DNA of 63,550 nt, filler included, from Licmophora abbreviata (taxonomy: Eukaryota): the NCBI GenBank assembly GCA_900291995.1. It is 17 parts of 17 records of this genome, joined end to end, with 100 filler letters (N's around TTAATTAATTAA, not from the genome) between each part and the next. Parts side by side here need not be neighbours in the genome. Positions count along the whole stretch, not along the records: positions 54,654 to 61,392 come from OLMU01005288.1; positions 61,493 to 63,550 come from OLMU01005292.1; 15 more parts are not named here. One strand, written 5' to 3'. Made by a program: the position numbers and the translations under genes. Numbering within the stretch: the stretch's first letter is position 1; each line of letters begins with the position of its first letter. Under the pieces are notes generated by a model, which worked only from the letters and a program-made list of their open reading frames with translations, was not told the origin of the DNA and ran no database searches. Of the stretch, positions 56,561 to 63,550 are shown one piece after another.

Positions 56561-57923
56561 TCAAGAGCCATTCACCAGGGGATCAAGGCCCATGTACCGG
56601 AGGTTACAGCCGTCTTGGCACCTTTCAACTTCAATAATTCTCTCAGCATCATCGTCACGGTTGAGTTCCACTACACAATTCATCAGGCACAGCAGTGCTG
56701 CATTGATTCGAGGTCGAACATACAAGTCGTTCCAGTGCATCCCATCCGGTGAGATTGTAGTTTTTACTCCACGCGGGTGCACAATAGGACATTCGCGGTC
56801 CAAGTGTTTGGGCGCGACGCCGAAAACCCCCTGACAGACCATGGCGGCAAGGGGGTAGTAGGTCCACGTCCGCTCGGGTGTCTCCAAAATGCGCTTTAAT
56901 TTGACATGAAAGGATTGTTCTGGTGAAAGGCCCATGAGCTTGCCGTTCTCCGTGATGAGTGCATTTGTAAGTTTTTCAAAGTCCAGCAAGAGCACATGAA
57001 GAATTCCTGGTACGGATGGTGCTTTGTTGTAGGATGCAACATAGGATCGAATCGCAGCATTATCTCTATGAAAATACGCCGCATGCTGTTCGGTCCGCAC
57101 GTTGCTGGAAAAGGGTACCGTTGGGATAATGACAGTGGACACTCCAAACATGGCATGCGTTACCGCCAGCGATTCATCCAACTGTTCCTTGACAATACCG
57201 ATCGCCGGATCAAAGTCACGTTCGATCGTCTCCACTCCCTCCCAAGGGTACATATGCGGCCATGGAATTCTATACACCAAGATATCAAACTGAGGCAATC
57301 GTTGTTGCGCATCGTTGTACTTCTGTGGGTGTGTACGCACACGCAAAGCCCGTTCGACGCGAGTCGCTCATGGGACGAGATGAAGGAAGCGTCAGTCTTG
57401 GCTGGCAGTCCATTTTGGCCCAGGCGAGTAGTGCTGTTTCATGATTGTAGCGTGTAAAGTATCCATTGCGCTTGACGACCAAGTCAGTCCTTCGTTGTAC
57501 ATGCGGCGGCAAGACGTCAAGTCGAAGTCTTTCGAAGAGATTGTTCGCTAGCGAATCACCAAAGAAGAGAACGCGACGATGAAACGACACGACGTGGGTG
57601 CGCACATTGACGGCATTCTGGAGGCTGCAATTTTGTTGGTTCCGTAAGTTGGCCTCTGGGAGGGGCACGGAGGTCGTATAAAAGTCAATCGTAGTACTCG
57701 CAGTAGTAGTGGTGGTACTAGGTTTCTGTTGGATTGTTTTGGGGTCTGTCTTATCTGCAATGGAGGATAAGGTTTGGCGGTGCACAGGCGTGATACTTAC
57801 ATTGCTGGTGTCGTTGTTTCGCGTCGTGTTGTCGGCGACTATTCGCAGCAGGACCAATACAGCGATGCAGGATGCGAAAAGTAAAAGTGGATGAATCACG
57901 ACGAGGAAAGGTAGCTTCTTCAT
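56561..57923 (-). CDS. Type II membrane GDS...DxxH (SGNH/TBL-like) esterase or acyltransferase; apparent frameshift near 57328
   Basis: TM anchor and VLFFGDSLA in ORF 57285..57923; SPDGMHW in ORF 56561..57346. Removing one base from GGG at 57327-57329 fuses the two. Confidence 0.65.
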
Positions 57924-58406
57924 CGTGGAGGGTGGGCAGTATCATAGCAGCATGGATACAACAACATCCGAACTAGCCTGAAATGGTGGCGGATGATGTG
58001 TGTCGCGTTTCAAAATGACCTTGTCGCGATGACTCGTCAAAATATCGTCACCAACAGCAATCGATAGTCTTTCCTGTTCAGCACTTCATCGTCACCATGC
58101 TGAATTGTAAGTCTACTATATAGTCAGCTGCCGCTTTCCTAGGTCGTTTCGTGGTCTTTGGAGCACAAAGTGTTTCTGCATCAACAAAGTAGAGCCATCA
58201 ATCGAGCTCTTTGAGTTTGATACCTTTACGGAGAGCGCGATTGCGCGCGAAGATCCAGGATCAAACTGTCACAAACTGCCGAAACATCCAAACATGTGAA
58301 GAAGATCCAGGATGCTCGAGACGATGATGATGCATCCAGAGCAATCCATGTGATGCTGACACAACAACAAGCAGTCCAACCGCAATGGCAAGTCTGCTAA
58401 ACTACA

Positions 58407-59315
58407 ATGTCCCTCGTGGTCAAGAGCAATAAGGCTTCCTTCCGCCTCGTTCCTTTTCTTGGGTCTACTACTACCATCCGTGTTCTAATTAGTACCGCCG
58501 CTACTGTCGCCATCGCTGGATCTGTCGTCGTTACTGCCTTCCCATCACAATCGTCCTCTCACCAAACTTCTACTATCTCAAGGCGACCCATCATGCTTGC
58601 GACGTCGTCTTCCGACGACAACAAAACTACTGCCCTCTCTACGGAAGAGACCAAGACTGCCAAACTCTGGAACCGCTTTGCCGATGGCTATGCCAAGTCC
58701 CCCATTTCGGACGAAGCCTCCTACCAAACCAAATTACAAATGACTCGAAACTACCTGAATCCCACTACGAGTAAACTTTTGGAACTCGGCTGTGGCACGG
58801 GAGGGACGGCCATTTCGCATGCACCCTACGTCAAGACCCTACACGCGATTGACGTGTCCTCGCGCATGATTGAACTTGCAGATGAAAAACTGGCCAAAGA
58901 AGCTCCCAGTGTCCAAACGAAAGTCAAGTTTGAATGCATGGGTATTGACGCTCTTCTTACCAGTAGAAGTAGTAGTCGTGAGAAGAAAGCACCCCATCCC
59001 TACAATGTCGTTCTGGGTATGAGCATTCTGCACTTGTTGCCCAATAAGAACGACGTCATTCGAAAGGTGCACCAACTGTTGGCGCCTGGGGGCTACTTTG
59101 TGTCGAGCACAATCTGTTTGGGTGATCGGGCAGTGACCAAGTGGATGGTAGGGTATTTGGCTCCGCTCGCTAGCTGGATGGGAATCATTCCACAGATCCA
59201 TGTCTTTACCAAGGCAGAGTTGAGGGCCAGTCTGGAAGAGGCGGGCTTTGAAATCGAATGCGAGTTTCATCCGGACGAGGGCAAGGCTGTCTTTTTTGTA
59301 GCCAGAAAAGTGTAG
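58407..59315 (+). CDS. Class I SAM-dependent methyltransferase
   Basis: LLELGCGTG, IDVSSRMI, LHLL, LLAPGGYFVS. Confidence 0.9.
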   Translation: MSLVVKSNKASFRLVPFLGSTTTIRVLISTAATVAIAGSVVVTAFPSQSSSHQTSTISRRPIMLATSSSDDNKTTALSTEETKTAKLWNRFADGYAKSPISDEASYQTKLQMTRNYLNPTTSKLLELGCGTGGTAISHAPYVKTLHAIDVSSRMIELADEKLAKEAPSVQTKVKFECMGIDALLTSRSSSREKKAPHPYNVVLGMSILHLLPNKNDVIRKVHQLLAPGGYFVSSTICLGDRAVTKWMVGYLAPLASWMGIIPQIHVFTKAELRASLEEAGFEIECEFHPDEGKAVFFVARKV

Positions 59316-59582
59316 ATGCATGTATGGTTAAGTCTGCAACTTGAGAAATAGAATGAATCTAGTCGGTCGGTCTGTACTTTCGTTTCGAGTGCAACATGGT
59401 TGTATTTGTTGACTTGTAGGAGGAGAGATGATCTTAGAAGATACGAATAACATGGTTTGATTCTATAATATGGTCGGTGCTCTAAATGTCGTGCAGGTTC
59501 CCTTCGCCAGCATGTCAGCCAATCCTCCACGCAATGCACACACGCGAGGTTTGGAGGATGGGCGGTTGTCGCAGCTACTATA

Positions 59583-60783
59583 CTATGCAAGTAGCAGCAG
59601 TGCGCTGAGCAATCCTCCAGCAACACCCAGAAAAGAGATCAGCTGAGTTGCACTGGATCTGCCAGAGTAGCCAATACCGGCCTCGGGATCCCAGTAAATG
59701 TCCGAAGCCATGCTGGCTGCGCTACCGATGAACGAAAACGCCATCGGCTTGACGGTTGCGTTTCCAAGGTTTGTAGGCGAGGTTGCAATAACTTCAATGG
59801 TGCTCTCCACAAGTTGGGTGAGGTTCGATGACGAGGGCGGAGCGTTCGTAGAGGTCGTAGTATCCTCCGTAGCGTTCGTCGTGACGGTTGCAGTCTTCGC
59901 CCATGTGTATTCACCGAACGGAACGAAACCGATCGTATCGGTTGCATCCTCGAACGATATAACGACATCTTCGGCGGTGTCTAGATCACTGTCCTCGTAC
60001 TCGACTTCTACTTCTTTAGAAGACTCAATGGTACTGAGTAGGGCAACGTATGTATCGTCGTCGACCCATGGAAAGTCGACGATACGAACGTCAATTTTCA
60101 TCTTGTTTGCCGTAAGTGCCTCACCGAGAGCAGCACGGCTGACTGTGAAGGTAAAGTTGGCAACTCCTGAAGTCACGTAGAAAGATGCTGACACGCCATC
60201 ATCAGCAATTTCGGAAAAGTCAGACCACTGACTTAAAAAGATAGTCTGAACAACCGTGTCGCTTTCCCAGTCGTACGCTTCGCTGGGAGCGTCGTCGTCG
60301 GCCTTGGAGTACTCAATGATTCTGTCAAAGAAGATCTTGTACTGAGTTTCAGACTCTGTCTCGGTCTCGTCAGTCTCGATCTCTTGTTCGTACTCGACCT
60401 GAACCTTGAGCCCCTTGTCGCCCTTGGTTTCCACCTTGTATTCAATTTCGTCCTTGATTTTGGTCTCGTTTGATTCAGACTTGACCTTGCACTCGAATTC
60501 GATCTCGTCCGTGTCGTAAGCTGAGAAATAAAAGATGAGAGAAAGCCGTGAGATGAAGGAGAGTGTGTACCACACGAGACTACCAGGTATCTCTGTACAT
60601 ACAAAATTCACACTCTCGCTCTTCGGGCGCGTCGACATCGTCGTCGAGACGCCTGAAGGACGATCGTCTCAGCATGATCATGGTGCTGGAAGCTCCTCCT
60701 CGCACGCCGCTCATGGCAAATGTCATGGGCGGCGCGACTGTCAAGAGAGCCAGGGCAAGTGAAATGAACGCGGCTACTTTCAT
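59583..60783 (-). CDS. Acidic secreted protein with probable GPI anchor; intron 60521-60602
   Basis: Signal peptide, VRG...RRL pro-segment, GTATGT..TCAG intron in phase, Glu/Asp-rich beta-type domain, IYWDP motif, small-residue omega region plus hydrophobic C-terminal tail. Confidence 0.8.
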
Positions 60784-61222
60784 GGTGATGGGTGGTGTGT
60801 TTGATTTCTGGCGCAAATTGGGATTTGTGAGGCAAGTTTCAGGCCGCAGGAGTCACAACGTGGCCGTCTTGTTGTGACACTTCACAAACCTTCAAGCGTT
60901 AGAGGTATGATTTCAAATTTATATTCAGAGTTGGAGAGTTTATATTACCATTTTGCCTCCGTTGAGTCGTGAGACAGACAGTCTGTCTGGGACTCACCGC
61001 ATAGGACACTGAAATCAACAACAGACAAGATGACAAGCAAGTCGACCGACCTTCCCGCCAACTTTGTGAAGTCCGCACGCGATGTTTTGGATTCGCAGAT
61101 TGAACTTCTTGCGTGAACTCTTGTCATGCATAGCAGTGCCGGATGAGCAGCGCACAAGAGACGAACGCAAGACTCTCTAGCTAGCATCACTCGTTGTTTC
61201 CTTGGACGAGTTAGTGGAAACT

Positions 61223-61392
61223 ATGCCGAAGAAGTCAGAAACCGCAAACAAGAGAAGCCAGGACGACAAGCCGGAAGTTATCGATGAAAGTGTTGCTACG
61301 AAACCAGAGCGTCGCAAGGGAATAGGCTCTACCACTGACGAGGGTTCCGTGGTCTCCCCTGGAGCTGAGCAGGCAGGAGGAGCATACGGAGT
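61223..61392 (+). CDS. Possible 5' fragment of a protein gene truncated by the gap
   Basis: MPKKSETANKRSQDDKPEV... stays open into the linker; no recognisable domain. Confidence 0.3.
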
Positions 61393-61809
61393 NNNNNNNN
61401 NNNNNNNNNNNNNNNNNNNNNNNNNNNNNNNNNNNNTTAATTAATTAANNNNNNNNNNNNNNNNNNNNNNNNNNNNNNNNNNNNNNNNNNNNTTTGCTCT
61501 GCGCGAAACTTCAGCTGAGAACTTCAAACTCGGCGAGATGCCGCGCTAGTCTACCGGTACATCAAAGTCTCAATTCAGTCCGTGTGCGTCGTCGCTCTTG
61601 TCGTTTGAGACCCTCCGCGCTTAGTTTCGTGTCCAATTTAATTCAGGTTTTCATGTAGCGACCGGTAGAACCTCGGGACCACTCTCAAGTTAAGGCATAA
61701 CGAGACAAGTCTAGTTTGTTTCGAAAAGTAGTTCTTTGCGCAAGACGACTCAAACGAACGACCTCCCCACTGTCTGAGATCAAAGGCTCGAAGCAGCCGA
61801 AACATAGCA

Positions 61810-63550
61810 ATGAAGAGAAAGCGTGCATCGTTGGACCACGACGCACTAGAAGAAGAATTTATCGATGCTGCTCGAGCGGGTGATCTTGAAACTGTGGATT
61901 GTTTGCTAAAAGACACAAGCGTGCATCCAGGGTTGCCCAGGTTTGCGCAAGCGATTGTCGCTGCAGCCAGGTATGGTCACATTGAAGTGGTGAATCGTCT
62001 GTTGGAAGATGGAAGAGTGAATCCAAGCATTGACAACAATTGTGCGGCCATTCAAGCAGCCAGATATGGTCACACTGAGGTCTTCAATCGCTTGATGGAA
62101 GACGAGAGAGTGAACCAAGGTGCAAGAAGAAACACGGCGATATGTGTGTCAGCCGGTAATGGTCACACTAAGATCGTCAATTCTTTGCTGTGCGACGACA
62201 GAGTGGATCCATGTTCGTGGAAGTATTATGCCCTCTGTTGTGCAGCTCACAGGGGTCACCATGAGGTCGTCGATTCTTTGCTGTCAGACAACAGAGTCGA
62301 TCCAAGTGCGGACGACAACTATGTGTTCCGTTATGCGGCCGCGGCCGGCCGCAGTGAGGTCGTCGCTTCTTTGCTGTCTGACGATAGAGTTGATCCGAGC
62401 GCAGAAGATAATTATGCCATCCGTCATGCGTCAAAGCATGGTAGCAAGGAGGTCGTCGCTTCTTTGCTGTCTGACAATAGAGTTGATCCGAGCGCAAGCG
62501 ACAATGAGGCAATCCGCGGGGCAGCCGAAGGTGGTCACGTTGAGGTTGTCGAATGTTTGCTGAGTGACGACAGAGTGGATCCGAGTGCAGACGACAACTA
62601 TGCGATCCGTTGGGCATCAGTTAGGGGTCACCATGAGGTCGTCGATTCCTTGCTGTCAGACAACAGAGTCGATCCAAGTGCGGACGACAATTATGCGATC
62701 CGTTGGGCATCAAGCTTGGGTCGCCGTGAGGTTGTCGATTCGTTGTTGTGTCATGCCAGAGTAGATCCGAGTGCAGACGACAACTATGCGATCCGTATGG
62801 CATCAACTTGGGATCGCCGTGATGTCTTCGATTCCTTGATGTCTGACGATAGAGTTGATCCGAGTGCAAGAGACAATGAGCCAATCCGCAAGGCAGCCGA
62901 CAATGGTCACGTTGAGATTGTGAATTCTTTGCTATGTGATGACAGAGTTGATCCGAGTGCAAGAGATAATTATGCGATCCGTTGGGCGTCACGTTGGGGT
63001 CACCATGAGATCGTCAATTCGTTGTTGTGTCATGCCAGAGTAGATCCGAGTGCAGACGACAACTATGCGATCCGTATGGCATCAACTTGGGGTAACCGTG
63101 GGATCTTCAATTCCATTTTGTCTGACGGCAGAGTTGATCCGAGTGCAAGAGAGAATGAGGCAATCCGCAAGGCAGCCGAAAAGGGTCACGTTGAGATTGT
63201 GAATTCTTTGCTATGTGATGACAGAGTTGATCCGAGTGCAAGAGATAATTATGCGATCCGTTGGGCGTCACGTTGGGGTCACCGTGAGATCGTCAATTCG
63301 TTGTTGTGTCATGCCAGAGTAGATCCGAGTGCAGACAACAATTATGCAATCCGTTGCGCGGCCGAGAATGGTCACAGTGAGATCGTCAGTTGTTTACTAT
63401 GTGACGATAGAGTTGATGCGACTGCAGACAATAATTATGCGATCCGTCGGGCGTCAAGGAATGGGCACCGTGAGACCATCTTTTCTTTACTGTCTAACGA
63501 CAAAGTTGATCCGAGTGCAGACGACAACTATGCGATTCGATGGGCGTCAA
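61810..63550 (+). CDS. Ankyrin-repeat protein (31-aa VDPSAxDNYAIRxAS-type repeats), running off the window end
   Basis: Open frame from the ATG at 61810 (MKRKRASLDH...) to the end without a stop; about 18 repeats. Not in the ORF track because it has no stop codon. Confidence 0.92.
   Translation, partial: MKRKRASLDHDALEEEFIDAARAGDLETVDCLLKDTSVHPGLPRFAQAIVAAARYGHIEVVNRLLEDGRVNPSIDNNCAAIQAARYGHTEVFNRLMEDERVNQGARRNTAICVSAGNGHTKIVNSLLCDDRVDPCSWKYYALCCAAHRGHHEVVDSLLSDNRVDPSADDNYVFRYAAAAGRSEVVASLLSDDRVDPSAEDNYAIRHASKHGSKEVVASLLSDNRVDPSASDNEAIRGAAEGGHVEVVECLLSDDRVDPSADDNYAIRWASVRGHHEVVDSLLSDNRVDPSADDNYAIRWASSLGRREVVDSLLCHARVDPSADDNYAIRMASTWDRRDVFDSLMSDDRVDPSARDNEPIRKAADNGHVEIVNSLLCDDRVDPSARDNYAIRWASRWGHHEIVNSLLCHARVDPSADDNYAIRMASTWGNRGIFNSILSDGRVDPSARENEAIRKAAEKGHVEIVNSLLCDDRVDPSARDNYAIRWASRWGHREIVNSLLCHARVDPSADNNYAIRCAAENGHSEIVSCLLCDDRVDATADNNYAIRRASRNGHRETIFSLLSNDKVDPSADDNYAIRWAS
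62203..63550 (+). repeat. 93-bp coding tandem repeat with a 279-bp higher-order unit
   Basis: gt.gatccgagtgca recurs every 93 nt; gccagagtagatccgagtgcagac recurs with its gtagat core at 62761, 63040 and 63319. Confidence 0.92.

Noticed and set aside
62203..63550. Regularly spaced repeats resembling a CRISPR array
   Set aside because: The period is 93 nt, in frame, and encodes ankyrin repeats; the intervening parts are homologous rather than unique spacers.

Overview
Eukaryotic nuclear DNA, very probably from a diatom or close stramenopile relative. Evidence: short GT-AG introns, bipartite signal+ASAFAP-type plastid presequences, RxL pro-peptide motifs and dense gene packing. It is a draft scaffold interrupted 16 times by an artificial 100-nt linker (44 N + TTAATTAATTAA + 44 N); at five linkers the flanks overlap, so they are false gaps. 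About 33 protein genes can be supported. Housekeeping genes include GDPD, fused PabA-PabB ADC synthase, RPS28 (missed by the ORF track), ATAD3, cytochrome b5 reductase, plastid GPAT, a P450 and a Patched/NPC1-like protein. The more unusual content is: (i) six consecutive type II membrane glycan-building or glycan-modifying enzymes at 11.8-22.8 kb, a candidate polysaccharide gene cluster; (ii) an intronless bacterial-type DUF2779 gene with RecB/Cas4-like and DEDD-like nuclease motifs; (iii) a Cys-less pentameric ligand-gated ion channel without a signal peptide; (iv) a structured RNA element in the long RPS28 intron; (v) a tandem pair of secreted mucin-like proteins with Met-Ser tails; (vi) an array of 93-bp ankyrin repeats with a 279-bp higher-order period at the window end. 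Three frameshifts at short homopolymers are probably sequencing errors. All family assignments come from motif recognition by eye; no searches were run.
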